This document shows positions 42,852-57,800 of a stretch of DNA of 64,000 nt, piece by piece. The DNA comes from an uncultured Candidatus Marinamargulisbacteria bacterium (lineage in GTDB: Bacteria; Margulisbacteria; Riflemargulisbacteria; GWF2-35-9; DYQY01). The stretch is taken from contig CAZXTL010000004.1 of assembly GCA_964643725.1 (NCBI GenBank), positions 27,874-91,873 on the forward strand, written 5' to 3'. The notes beneath the pieces are model-generated. The model saw nothing but the letters and a program-made list of their open reading frames with translations, was not told the DNA's origin and searched no databases. The first letter of the stretch is position 1; each line of letters opens with the position of its first letter. A program made the translations under genes and the position numbers.

Positions 42852-45800
42852 ATGACCATAGATATATTGGGAGGACCAGCATCTTCAACTAATATTAACG
42901 GAACTTCCGCTCCCCATAATGGTAATAAAAAATCATATGATTTTAGTGTAGTTCCTGATCCTAAGATAAATTCCGATGGGTCTGTTTCTCTTTCCATTAA
43001 AGTTCCTAAAGATCTGAATATCCAAATTAAAAGAATAGATACTGTAGGAAATATTAAAACTATTATAGTTGGTGAAAATTCCAATATTGATCAGACAAGA
43101 AATAGTGAGCAAGAAATAATAAAGTTTGGACAGGCTATTTATGGAGAAGTTTATGAGGTATCTTTTTATAAAGATGGTTATGCAGACCATACTGTTAAAG
43201 TTGCTCCATCTTGGCCGTTCACAATTGGTGAAGCTGCTTTTCCTTGTGTGAAATTAATCAATGGTAAAATTGTATTGTCAGTTGTTATGCCAAAAGGGGT
43301 AAAAGCAAAAGGAGAGTTGTTATTAAATAGAGAAAATAATAGTAATGATAAAGCAACTGTAGTTGATGGCAAAGTAATTTTAGATAATGTTGGATTAAAC
43401 GACAATCTTAGGTTTGTATATACTGATGAAATAGGCGGGAAAATAGTTGTTCCAGTATCGATACTCAGTAAAGATAGTTATTTTGATGTGGTTCTTAAAA
43501 GAGATGCTATAGAGCATGGAGTTTCTGTTTCTGATATTAATATAGAGGCGGAAGATTTAAGGGATTTTTATCGTGGTGAGCAAGGGCTTAATGCATATTT
43601 ACTTGGCGACAATACCAGAAGTATTGTTTCTTATTTGGTTGATAATGATGCACTTATTGTTGCAATAAGAGAAAAGATTAAAGGTAAACAAGACTTAACT
43701 CCTGATGAAAAGATTTTCTTTTTGGATTTAATAACATTTGGCGGGAAAGTAAGCGCTGATAGTGTAGCAGAAAAGGGGTTAGGAGCAGTTGAACCATATA
43801 TTCTTGAATACCTAGTAGGTAGTGGCATAGTTGATTTTAATATTGAAAGGTGTGTCGTTTCAAAAGAAGCTTTGGCTAAATTAAAGCAGACCAAAGATGA
43901 CCTGATAACTTTTTTTGGTGAAAATTTTTCTGTATTGTCTCCAGCAAATATACGTTTTTATTATGAGTTTTTAGCTAAAACTGAACTTAAGGTAGATTTT
44001 GAGCCACAGACAGCAAAGGAAGTTGTTTTTGGTGAAAATTTCAGCAAGATATTTGATGTTATAAATAAGGCAGAAAGTAGAGAGATGGTATTTGATGTTT
44101 CTGAGTTTCATGATGCATCATTAGGGTTAAAAGATTTTTTAATTTCAAAAGGGTTAAGTATTGAAAGTGTTTCTGATACTGAATTAAGTGTTGTATTAGA
44201 TGAATATTTGAAAAACAATATTAGACAATGGAGAAATCCTGTATTTCTTTTAGATATTTTGCAATATAAGCAAGTTCTTCAGACAAAATTATTTGAAGAG
44301 TTGAATGGTAATGATGATAAAAGTAAGAAGATTAAGTTGGAGATGCTTAATGTAAGCAAAAAAGCAGCTGATATTTTTGATATGTGCACTTCAATACCAA
44401 ATGGTAAAAGCTTGGTGTATCAAAATATTGCTAGTAATTTTGTTAATTCATATCAAAAAATTGATTTTTCTAATATTAAAGCAGACGACTACCAATTATT
44501 TATGGATAAGATGCCTAAATTAGAAGATTTGAAGATTAAAAGTGTCTTTGAATTATTGGATTTTATTAATGAAAATAAAAACAAACAAAACAGCCCTTAT
44601 TTTTATTTATATATTTCTCATTGTTTAACAAATATTAAAAAACAAGATTTGTTTGTTCAGGTTAACTATTTTGCTAAAGGTGCGGTTCCTTTTGCAAAAA
44701 TTGATATTAGTTTGCGTAATATTTATGAGAAACCAGTAGTAATACCTGATTTAAATAAAATTGATTTTGGGATAGTTAATATAAATACAGTTAAAGATTT
44801 TTTTAAAAATCCTTCAAATAAATTAAATTTATCTAGTGAGTTATCTCGTGCTGACGTCCAGCAAATGGTTTTGCAATATTTGAGTGGTAATAACAATGAA
44901 CAGTTGGCAATTAAATTACCTTACATTGCGGCATTAGCAACTGTTGATTATAGGTTAAGTGGATTAGTAGAGAGATATGTTGGTAAATTTAATGACAAAC
45001 AAAAACTTGACTTTAAAACAGTGACAGTGAGTATAAGTATGTTATTGGATAAAACATATGATGCGTTAACAACAGATGGTCTTTTTTTAGTAAAAAACTC
45101 TCAAGTATCAGGACAAGAAACGGCTTTTTATAGCAACGAAACAATTACGAAAGAAATCAACGAGCTTGTGACTTTGAATCAGATATCTGATCAATCTCAA
45201 CCTTATAATAGTGATGACAAAAAGTATTTAAGAAATTTATTTAGAGAGAATGTTGAACCATTTAATGCTGCAGAAAAAATCAATCAGTATAAGGCGATGT
45301 TGGTTTCTTTAGGGAATAATATTGCACCTGATATAAAAAGTGGTATTGAGGCTAGAATTAAATTCTATGAGAATTTTCTAGCTGTTAATGGAGATAGTCA
45401 GTATTTATGTGCAAGTTGGAGTGATATAAGAGCGGAGAAAACCATAACTGTTAATTCTGAGATTTTTGATAAGTATAAGGGTTCTGGTGTGAAGTTAAGT
45501 CAGGTATTTGCTCAGACTGACTTGTATGTAAAGCTTCAAAGAAAAGCACAAGAGATGGGAGTAAGAGACCCAGACAAGATTTTATTAGCTTTAGTTAAAA
45601 TATATAATAGCAAGAGTGGATCAAATGTTTCTGTTGAAGAAATATTTGCGTTTATTAAAGAAGGGATTATTCCTGCTAATTCAATGAAGTTTATAGTAGA
45701 TATAAAAAGGGTTTTAACTGAAAATAAGATTGATATAGAAAAGGAATTGTCTACAAGCGAAGGCTTGGTTAAGTGTTTACGTATAATAGATAATTATAAT

Positions 45801-48800
45801 AAAAATGCCCCTGAAAATAAGAAAATACCCATGGATAAGTTTATGTATTATTTACAGACAAATGGTAAGTTGCCTCCTGATTCTATTGCTTTTTTTACTG
45901 ATTTTCTTGCTCTAGCTTGTAATGATAATATTGATAAATATTTGAATCAGATAACAATAGACGATGTTAAAGATATCCAAAGCAAAAATAAGGAAGCAGA
46001 TTTAATAGATGTAAAAAGTACTTTTAAGGATTTATATAAGGAGAAACCATTAGCATTTCTGGATTTAGTTTATAAATTGTCAGTTTTTGGAAGAGTGGAT
46101 AGTAATCTTGTTTTAAATAATTCATCAACATTAATTCAATTATTAAAGATTCAAAGTATTTTGTCTGATCCAAAAAATGCCAATTGTAAAGAATTAACAT
46201 CATTTATTAATCCAACTGTTTTAAATGAGCTGATAAAAATTATGAGTTCAAACGGTGATTCAACTATCGACAAGAATTTCGTTCAGAGGAATCCTGATTT
46301 ATTTTCTAGACTATTTGCAACAAAATTTTCTATTACTGATGTTGAAGCAAAGTTTCCTGCAATTACTAAGGAGGTTACTGATTGGTTTACTCGTAGACCA
46401 GAATTAACTGGAGGTGAGGGTTATCTTAATGATACACAGATTAAGTCTTTGATTAGTGATTTTAGAAAAGAATTTAAAGATAAACCATATTACTTTGGTA
46501 TAGGTAATTTTTTAATTAAATCTTTTGTTTCTTCAGGGATAGAAGGTTATTTACAAGGGAAAATCGATCTTGGGAATGATGTATGGTTACAGCAACGTGT
46601 AAATGGTTTTGTCGGTGGGTTAAAAGGTGCTTTTTCTTCTCAGAATAAGGCATTTGATGCAACTGACCTTCAAATGTCTACAATGGCAAAGCTGCGTTTT
46701 TTATATTTAAAAGAAATGCATCCAGAGAAAATTACTGAGTATGAACAAATGAAGAAGGTATTTAGTCAGTCGTCAAATAAAGAGGAAAGAGTTAAAGCAG
46801 AACAGTGGTTAGAAAAGTTTTACTATGGTAATAAGTTTCAATCAATTAGTAATGATAGTGTGACATCTTTGGATGTTTTTGATGCTGGTTTTTTAAATTG
46901 GTTTTTTAAATCATTTTTTGAGAATGGGTTTAATGATAAATCTTTAAAGAGTAAGGCTATAAGCTTCCTTTCTGAGTTTGTAATTAAATCAGTTTTTTTT
47001 AGCACACAAGATTTTTATGATCCAAACGGAAGAAGGTATACGACAGAGGAGATGCCAGAAGTTATATATCGAGGGTTACAACAATTGCAGTCTTCTGGAA
47101 ATGAATCATTTTTATCTGTTCAAAAGAATGATAAGCCAGAAACTTTAGCTGCAAAAGCTGCGATATATTATTTTTTAATGTATGTAGATAACAATTTAGA
47201 TCTACATAAAGATATTCCTTTTGATCAACTTACACCTGAGCAGTTAAAAGAAGGATTTCATCCTTTTGCAGCACAAACAAATAAGTTTATGGATAGTTTC
47301 TTTGTTGCTAAAAAAGCGAGAGATGCTTTTAATGAAAGTGTTTTTGGGTTGGAAAGATCTATCGCTGGAAATTTAGTAAATGATTTTTTATTTGCATCAA
47401 ATAATAAACAAGATGTAGCAATTAATATTCAACAACTTCAGATTCCTCCTAAGAAAATAAACGATGAGATGGTTGACGTGATGGTAGAAATAACAGAGGG
47501 ACTTTTGGATAAAGCGACACTCACTGAAAAAGAAAAATTAGATAGTAATGTTATTCGTAAGTATTTAACACATTGGAGAAAGATTAAGGAACAGTTTAAA
47601 GGTGATTCTGTTTATGGGGATGGAAAGGCCTATGGTATTTATGAAGATAAAATAACAGAAAATATTAAAACTTTGTATATTTTTAAGCTTCATCAATTGT
47701 TTGCTTTACTTAATAAGCCAAGGCAAGACGTGAAAGGTGTTTATGTAAACGAAAATGGTGGGGATATTGTTGCTGATTTAGATATTACACAGAATATAGT
47801 TGTTCAGCAGTCAACTTTAGGCAATGTGGCAAGTAATATTGGAACAGTTGCTAAAAGTTGGTGGGTTCCTGATAAAAAGGGAATAGTATTATCGCCTGCA
47901 GATAAAGCAGGAATGGATGCATTACAGAATACAGTTGGGGTTGATTTAAGTTTTCTTCTTCTTAGTTATAAATTTTGTTTTGATAAACCAATAGAGGTTG
48001 TTTCAAACAGTATTAAGACAGCTCTTTATAATGATCCTACATTGATGACTAATTTAAACCAACAGTTAGAATTTGTTGTTGGGTTTAATCCAGAAAAACA
48101 AAAAGTTTCAGATATTGAAGAAATTTCAAAACAGTCAGCCTTAGATAAGTTTGGCAATATATCAGGTGGGTTAGTTGATATGCATTTGGGTATATATATG
48201 TTTACCCATAATGCTTTGATGTTTTTAGGGATGATAGGTTTCTTTGATGATGTTGATAATGGGCTTTATGGAAGGGCGGCTCTTAAATTATGGTGGGCGC
48301 AATCTTATTTGATGCCAAAAGAGGGTATGCCTTTTCATAAGTCATGGTGGGGAAAGACATTAGCTGTAGGTACAGGTCAACCTATTTTTAAGTATGCGAT
48401 TAATTCTTGGGCAGACGGGGTTTTATCTTATGCAATAAGGCAAAAACAGCAAGAGAACAAAATAGGGATGGATAAATTGTTTGAGTTTTTTCCTACTAAG
48501 AACAACGAGGCGACAAATAAATCAAAGATAAGTAACTTTATAGAGGAGTCACTTAATAATAAATATATTACTAAACTTGAGGATGGGTCATATCGTATAG
48601 AAGAGGGAAGCAAAGATGCTTTTTTAAGTGAATTAGCAAATAAACATCCTGGACTTAAGGAACAGTTGGAAAAGGGCTTAGGGTTTAAAGAAGTTGATAT
48701 TAAAGAATATTTTGAAAACAAGGAGTTTAGAGATTTCAGAAAACAAATAGCTTCTTTTGGTGATTTTGATCATGAAGGAAGATTTGTTATTAATCCTGAA

Positions 48801-51800
48801 CGATCAACACAGCTGATGGAGTTTTTAACTAAAGAATATCCTGGCAAAAAACAGCTTCATTCTTTGTTTATGGAAAGAGGAGAAACCTTAGTTAAGTTAA
48901 GACAGTATATTAATGAATTGGCAGAAAAGGGAGTTGTGAGTACTCTTTCTGATAATGTTGCAGGAGGTGTAGTTTCAAGTACCTTTAGAGAAGCTCTTTA
49001 TGGAAATATGGATGCTCCACAAAAGATGTATGGAGTTGAGTTACAGAAGAAAATTTTCGGTGATAATATTTTTACTGCAACACATAGAGAGATTATTGAA
49101 CAGATAGATGCAAATCCTGACAAAGGTCTTGTTCTTAGTGCTGTCAGGTATTTATTAAATACTTATGATGTTCAGTTGTTGCGTATGAGAATTACCCATG
49201 GTCCAGATGGGTTGTTGGAACAGATGGACAGAGACCTTGAACAATTAGGTAAAAAACCAATAGAAGATCAGAGCACAGCGGAAAGATTGACTGGTTGGGG
49301 ATTATCAGATTATGCAGCCTTTAATGGGAGCAAAGTTAAACTTAATCCATTAAGGTTGCTTGGTTGGGTTGGTACTCCTGGACATATGGCGAAAGCTCGA
49401 AAGGAATTAAATAAATATAGTGGATGGCAAGTACTTTACGAGCTGCAGAAAAAAGTAGCAACAACGGAAGTTATTAGAAACGCAGTATCCAAGATAGATA
49501 CCAGCAATCAGTCAGCTCATGTGCAAAAACAAATAAAAGAAATATTAGAAGCAACCGCGAGTGTTTCTGCCACTGCTGAAGAAGTTAAGCGTGCGATTTA
49601 TTTAGGTTTGACGAAGTATCCTGTCTCTAATGGGAAACCAGGCAGTTTTGAAGCATATGTTAGAGCTGGTATTTCCGAAGTTAGTTTTCAGGATGGCCAA
49701 TATGTGCCTAAAGAGCTTAATGTAGCTACAGCAAAGCCTTTATTTGAGCAATTTGTGGCTTTAGAGAATTATATGAAACAATCTGGAGCAGTTATTCGTG
49801 AATCCAAGGATAATACTTTTGAGGTAGTTACTAAAGAACAAAACGCGGCAGGAGCTTCAATTGACAAAGTCGAAAGTTTTACTAGTAAATCTGCAGCAGA
49901 ATTGTCCATACAAGAAAAAAACGTATTGTTTCGGTTTGATGAAAGCAATAAACAATGGGAAATGCGATTTACAGAAGATAGAGCAGACGGGGCTCCTACT
50001 AGATGGCTTCCAGTTGTATCTGTAACTTATGGTGATCCCAGAGCTATTCGTCCAGTAGTTGAGTTCAAGAGTAATCCAGGTGCTCCAGTAAGCGGTGTCG
50101 CAATTCTTATTCCAAGTGGTTTTGATATGGAGAACCCTTTACATAAAAATTCTTTTGATATGCTTAGTAATACCGTTAGGACAAGCACTTATGAGTTGGA
50201 TGCAGGTCACAAAAAGGCAATAGTACAGGTAACAAGTGGTGCTGATGATGAATCAAAGGTTAAGCCTTTAATAGATATTTCTGAGAAAGTTATTGAAAAT
50301 GCTAATCAAGAAAGAAGGCAAATTGCTATTAATGGAACTAATGAAATAGCTTTAGAAAATCCTTTAAAACTTTTTAATACTACGGATATTAAAGTACTTA
50401 GTGGTGTCTTTAATTATGAAGACTATTGTAAATTCATAAATTGGTTAGCTACGGAAGTTAAGGGTGGGGTAAATGGTAAGAAGTTAAGTGAATATGTCCA
50501 AACATATCTTTCAACAGAAAAGTATGCTGATGTTTCTGCTGTTGATTATAGAAAAGCAGCTGATTTGTTGCATGAAATAACAGGTAAATATATTGGTCAG
50601 GTAGATGCCGAAGAGTTAAAGAAGGGTCATAGTAATATTGCCATTAAGAAAATGTTAGAAGGAAAAAGAACAGAGATAGATGAATATATTGACACGAAAA
50701 CTCAAGTTTTAAATCTTTCAGATAAAGAAAGAGGTCTTTTTAAGAGTTTTGTTGACACTAAAATTGAAATATATATGGAAGCAAAACTTGAGACACAAAG
50801 AATGGAAAGCATCTTGTTTAATGAGTTGAAAGCTCGTTTTGCAGCAGCAGGCATAGATGGTGTTAAAGCTGATGGAGAAAAATATACTGAAGATGGGATT
50901 AGATACCTGTTGTCTATAAAGGGAGACAAGGCAAAAGCAGTAAAAGAGGAATTGTTTAAAGAAAAACAAGCAGCAGTTGATACATATTTTAATGGGTTAA
51001 AAAGTAATCCTGATTATTTGAAAAACGGAGTCTTAGATATTAGTAAGCTAAGAAATAATCCTGAATATCAAAAAATGACAAGATTGGCGATACAGACTTG
51101 GGCTTTGGCAATGAATTCAAAGTCCGGATTTAAACCATTTTTTAATCAGGCAATGACCAGTTATCTATCAATGATGCAAAGTGATCTTGTTGTAAATATT
51201 AATCCAGGTGGTGGAAAAACTGATCTTTTGACTGGTATGGCCTATATGCGATATTTGCTTGGATATAAGACTGTAATTGGCGTATCAAACAGTACCGATC
51301 AAAGAGCAGGAGTAAATAGTACAGAGGCGATTTTTAAGAAGCTTGGTATGCGTTCTGGTAGTTATTTTGAGGGTTCAACTGAGGGCGCAAGAAAAGTTTT
51401 TGCAGACAATAATGTCATATATGTTACTAACTCTGCTTTTATGTTTAGGATATTAAAAGACAGATTGGATCCTAGCAACAGTGTTTTGCCCCATAATGCT
51501 AATGAGATAATTACTTATGCAATCGATGAAGCTGATAAAAATTTTGTTTTTGATGGTTCTAATCCTGCGATTATGAGTAGTGGTTCAGATAGGCATTTGA
51601 TAGGTAGAGACAGAGAAATGTTCAAACATGCTGTTCAGGCTATTGAAGAGTTTAAAGAGAAGTGTAAAGGGGATGAATATTTTCATAATGTTAGTGGAGA
51701 AGTTAGCTTTACTACTAAGGGAGAGTTAGCATTTCAATCAATTGTTGATGAGCATTTAGCAAATGTTTCTCCTGAAGATAAGGCATGGTTTAAGGAAAGG

Positions 51801-54800
51801 ATTATAAAACTTCAGAAACGACTTCTTAATGTTGCGTTAAATGTTCACTTGGGACAAGAATACGAGATTATTGGTAAGAAAGTTAGGCTAATTAATATGG
51901 GGATGAGAAGAGTTGACTGGAATAGTGTTCAGCAAGAATCTCATCAGATAGTAGAAGCAATGCATATGTTTGGTAGTAGAAAAACATTATATGCCTTAGA
52001 TAATATATCTGAGAGTTCCTTTTCTAGTTCTTCTGTTACCGCTAGACAAACTGCAGAAGATAATGTTGCCGCTATAGCAGCTGTTTCAGGTACGAATATT
52101 GATATAGAAAACTTATATGCAAGGATGCTTTATCAACAGATACCAATGGAGGATCACGTAGCTCAGACACTAAAAATATCTGGTGAATTTGTTTGTTTAG
52201 ATAGAAATACTCAATTACAGAATGTTGTTATCACTGCTGTTAATAAGTTGTTAGAAGGTAAATCGGTAGTAATCCATATTCCAATCGGAAGGACAACACC
52301 AGCCAATAATCAATTAACTATTGATATGGCTCAAAAACAAACACAGTTATTATTTGCATATATTGATTGTGTTATAAAAGGGGGAGACCCTACTAAAAAT
52401 GAAGCCTTGAAAAAACTTATAAGTAAATATCATGCAGAATATAAAGAGTTGTATAAGATTGATTTTAATATGTTTAGTATGGGGGCTTTAACAGAAATAT
52501 ACACAAAATTATGTGGAGAAGATGAAGCTAGTTTTAAGGGGAAATATATGCATTCTTTAGCTTTTAATGCTGCTCTTGGTGAGAAAGGGTTTGGAATAGG
52601 ATTAATTAAAGAGTTCACTGAGGGTGCGCCAGAAGACAAAGAACTTAAAAATTTTAGATTGAAAGGTTCCTTGAGATTATTATTTACAGCTAACTCAAAT
52701 AGGGCAGTCGACTTTCAGCCGCGTTCGGATGAAGCCTATAAAAAAATGCGTCAGCGATATGGTTTTGGTGATTGTGTTTTTAGTGGCATTATGACTGAGT
52801 ATAAAAGAGACATGGCTTTTTGGATACAAGAAGCCTTTAGGTTGGGACGTGCAGCTGGTCCAAGCAGAGAGACTGGAGAAATAGTTGTTATTTGTTCAGC
52901 TCAAGATAAGACTCTTGCACAAGAAGCTACAGCAGTAAATTTATTAAGATCACTTTGTAGTTTAAGTAACGAAAATCCAGTAATAATGATGAATGCTGGT
53001 GGTTTTCCTTCAAATGCTAGATATCTTATTCCTTATGATGATTTTTCGAAAAAACTGGAGCCAAACGAAAAAACATTATTGAATTCTTTATTGGACAGTG
53101 CATTTGATGAAAAAGGCGACTTAAGAATTAATTCTTTGAAAAAGTCAGGAGTAGACGTAAAGGCGATAGAGTTACTATATAAATATTTTTTTAAGAATGG
53201 CAATGTGTTAAGTCCGGATGCAGAGAAGAATATTGTTGAAATGCTAGTTAATAGAGGAGTTCTTAAAGCTGGAGATAAACTTGAAGCAGGTATGCCAGAA
53301 GAAAATAAACAGTTAATTATTAGAACCATATTGCTTGATAATATGCGAAGGTCAGATTTTGAGGAATTAGCTAAAGCACACTTCTGTAAGCAAGAAGCAG
53401 ATAAAGTATTGTCAGGTAATTATTTGGATTTGATTAAGGGTTTAAATGGTTTGGACAAAAAATTTGAGCAACTATTTGATGAAAGCTTAATGAGAAAAGT
53501 GAAAGAAGATAGCTATGTGAAAAGTTTAGAAGCGTTTTTTAAGGATAAGATTAGGCCGACGAATGAAGCAGATATAGTGCTTTTTTTGAAAGAAACAGGG
53601 ATTATGACAATTACAGATTTAACAAGAATTAAGGATGACCCTGAAAATATAAGTAAGATTTTAAAAATGGTTGGTTATATGCGTCTAACCCCAGAGGCAA
53701 GAAAAGAAATGGTGGTGGATATTTTAAATGGCAGTAGTAGTCCTTTGTTTATTGAGAAGGGATTAACTGATATAGGTTTTAGGGTTATTGAACAAAAAGC
53801 GCAAAGGTATGAATCAGCAAGATTTTTAGAAAGCATAGGTGCTTTTAATAAAAAGCAGGCTGCTTTGTATATTAAATATGGGTTAACGGATGAGGGAGTA
53901 CCTCAAAACATTAAAAATGACAGTAATTTTGTAAAAATGAGAAAGGTTGCCAGTGAAGCTAGTTTAGAGGTTCAGAATATGATTAGGAATAATATTCAGA
54001 ACCAACATCGTGAAGGGGTTATGAGTACTAGAGATAATCAACAACAGCAAACTGACCGGCAGTTATCAGTAACAAAAGCATTGGATATTATCAGAAAAGG
54101 TAGAACAGCTTGGAAAACTAGTAGTAAGCTTTATGAGTCAAGAGGGTTAGTAGGATTGAAGGATGTTAAGGATATGCCTACTTTGCTTACTATAATGTTT
54201 GAAACGGCTTTAGGTAGTTATGTAGATGAATTTAAGTCAACTTTGCCTGCAGATAAACAAGCGAATTGGTATTCTGATAAAGAAACTGTAAAGAAATTTT
54301 ATGATTACTTTAAAACTAAAACAGGAATTGATATTACATTTGATCAGACTAATTCAAAACTTGTTTCTGAACAGCATTTCTCATCAACAATAGTACAGTC
54401 TTTTTATTCTCAATTACTTAATAAAGATACCTTTGATACAAAAACTATTGCCCGTATAGTTAAGAATAAGCTGTCTTTATACAACGGGTGGGTTTCTTCA
54501 ATGGAGGAATATTTGAAGAGCCAAGATGAAACTTCAAGATTATTAGGAGCAAATTCTGCAAGTATAAGTGACCTTCGTAATAAGGCTCCTGTTCTGCTTC
54601 TTCAAGAGGTTGCCTGTTCCTTATTTGAAGGAAGAACTATAAAGAAAAACGTAGGGTTATGGGTTGCGAATAAGCTAGGTCAGATAACATTTGTTAAAAG
54701 AATGGTTGACTCAGGCATGGTTTTTGGAAAACAGAGGGCTGATGGTTTAGATGTTGTAGATGCAACAGTAAAAGAGAAAACACCACTTGCTGGTGAACTA

Positions 54801-57800
54801 TTGCCAGGCAAATTAGCCCCCAGATTGACAGTTGAGGTTACACAGGTTGGATTGTTGGGTGCTTATGAAAATACTATTGCTTTAGCTTTAAAAGATAAAC
54901 GTACAACGGTAACAATTGAGGAAATTCCCTATAATTTAGATAATGCTGAAGGTATTTATAAACTTAATAAGCGATTAAGGGAATTAGCAACTTCAAATAA
55001 TAGTGATCCAAGTCAATTGATAAGAGATGGAAATGATTATTTGTTTTTTAGAAGCAATATTACATCACAAACTGTTGATGGTATTCAATATCGAATAGTA
55101 GCTTTTAAAGATATTTTGTTTGGTGATCAGAATTTTCATGGTGCTGTTTTTAATGATCAAAATAGTAAGTATTTTGGTGAAAGTGGTACTCATGAGATTT
55201 TGTTAAATGATTCATCTATTAAGGAATGGTCAGAAAAGGTTGTTAAGTTTGCTAAAGAAGGAGCATCAACAATTCAAGGAACATTTGCTAAACAGATAGT
55301 TGAGTTGGTAAGAAGCTTGGCCGAGGAAGAAGGAACAACTCCAAAAGGTAAGGTTTTGTCTGATGTAGATCTTTCTTCAAGAATACTTGTTATGTTAAGA
55401 GATACTGTTTTGGCTCATGAAAAAGGCCATGTATCAGATTTTCTTAAAGAAATTACCAAAGATTTACCACCTCACATAACTGATCATGTATTTATTCATG
55501 ACCTTTCTGAAATAAAGGCATTGTTATCTTCACAAAACGATAAATCAGTTTTGAGTTTAATATTAAATAACCTAAAGCCTGAATGTACTGACGCACAAAT
55601 TAAAAGAGGGTTGGTCTATCTGCAAGCTCAGCTTTATTATTATTCTTCTTCCTTAAAAGAAGGAAGTGTTGAGTATATGGTTTTAAATGAGAGCTTGAAG
55701 TCTGCAGTGAAGGAAGCAGGTGAAATAATTGGAGTAGATGGGAAAATAAACAGAGCATCGATTGAGAAGTTGTCTGGATTATTAAACAAAAATAGTGAGT
55801 ATGTTCTAAAGCATCTAGAACAATGTCGTCAGGAAATTATTGCTAGAGGGAATAATGGTCAATTAACAGCAATATCTATAAAAAATTTACAGAATTGGTT
55901 TCACAGGATGACCAATACTACAGCTGCCAAAGATTTTTATTCTACTGGTGATACTAGTAAGATGGAAACACAGGAGAAATTTAGTCCAAGTAGAGTACAA
56001 TCTGTTCCAACGGATGTTCCAGTAATAATAGATAATTCAGGAATTGGAAAGATTGATAGTCATTTAGCATTGAGAACGGCTGTGGGAGATAAAGTTTCTA
56101 GGCTGGAAAGTCCTAACGAAGCAACTGTGAATCTGAGTGAATCAGAGATTCAGAAGATAAAAACGTTAAAGAAAGAATCTGGGGACCTAATGGCTAAGTT
56201 TGAGAAGGCAATAAGTGATAGCCCAAGTTTATCTTCTTTGGGTGAACAAGACAAGAAAGCATTATTAGTGCAAATTCTTGCAGAGATTAAAGCTAGCGAT
56301 GATTCTTTAAAGGTTTTAGAGTTATTTAAGAAAGCAAGCATTCAAGGGGTTTCAGCGGCAGATATAGGTGGGTTAAAGGCTAATATGATGGCCATAGAGT
56401 CAATTTATCAAAAAGTTTTCGAGAATTCAGAAATATTTATTGGTTCAAAAATAATGCCTCATACAGGTAAGTATTCTGGATTTCCTCTTACTTTTATTTA
56501 TGACATAGTTGATAGAGCAATAGAAAAAATAGATCAAAAAGGTGGAGCCGTTAACGTTCCAGTTATTGTTTTGGAAGGTAATCCAGCTGAAGTTAAGAAA
56601 ATGTTTCGTGTGCTTGCTTCTTTGTTTGAAAATAGAACTCTTTCCGTCGATGTCCCTGGTATACAATCTGCTTTATTTCAATACAATGCATTAAGGGCAA
56701 CAGCAGAAGTAGGTTTGTTAATAGCAGCAAATAATCCATCCTATTATACCGCTTTGGCTGGAGATACATCATCTGGATTACTCGCGGTAGATATAAATTC
56801 TCCTTTCTCACATAATTATGTTTTTACTGACAAAGGATTGGTTAGAATTGAGCAACAAAAAGTTGCAGGTGTTTATTATTCTATTCAGCAATCATTAATG
56901 GAAAAGATGTCGGAGTTGAGGTCTGCACAAGGTAACTCAATGTTAAGTAATAATGATATAAAAGCAGCAATTAATCAGGCTATCAATTCAGTTGAAATGA
57001 CTGACAAAGAAGCTAAAATAATTAGAAAGTATTTCTTAAGTAAATTCATAAACGAAAACGGTGCAAAAGATGATTATTTTATGATTATTAATCAGTTGCA
57101 ACGTTTCGGTGTGCAAGTAAATCCTCAAATGTTTTTGGAGGAGTTTAATAAACAATATAATGTTGATTTTATGACAATGGCTAAGAATGGACAGCTGACG
57201 CCTGATAAAATGAGAAGTTTATTTTATAAACCAAATGGGGAATTCGATCAATTTAAGTTTGAATCATTTATGGAAAAGGTATTAACTCCTAATAATAGAA
57301 AACTATTAGGAATACCAGTAGGTCAATTATCAGAAGGTTTAATGGAGAATGCTTTCCAGGCAGTGTTTGTTATGTTAACTGTTGCAGCTTATAAGATAGC
57401 AGCAGGAGAGGATTGTAAATGGGAGGATATTTGGGAGTTCGGTTGGAATGAGTTAAGTGCAACAACTTCATTATTAAAGATGACTTGGGCCTCAATGGCT
57501 TTAGGCTATAAGTATAAGGCTACATCTGCCCCACTTATGATGACTTTAGTTTGGTCTCAGATTCGATCTGTTGCAACTGCTAAGAACAATGTAGTAGATG
57601 GGTTAGTAAAGATGGAATTAAAATCAGGAACAGATGTACAAAGGATGAAGTCAATGGATGCTTACTTGCAAGAACAGATTTCAACTGTTTCACAAACAGT
57701 TACATCTGATGGCAAATTAAGTTTTAATTACAAAGGAGAAAGCACAGACGTTGCTGGATTAAATGATTTAGTTAGAAAATCAGCTGGAGCATCTCCATTA

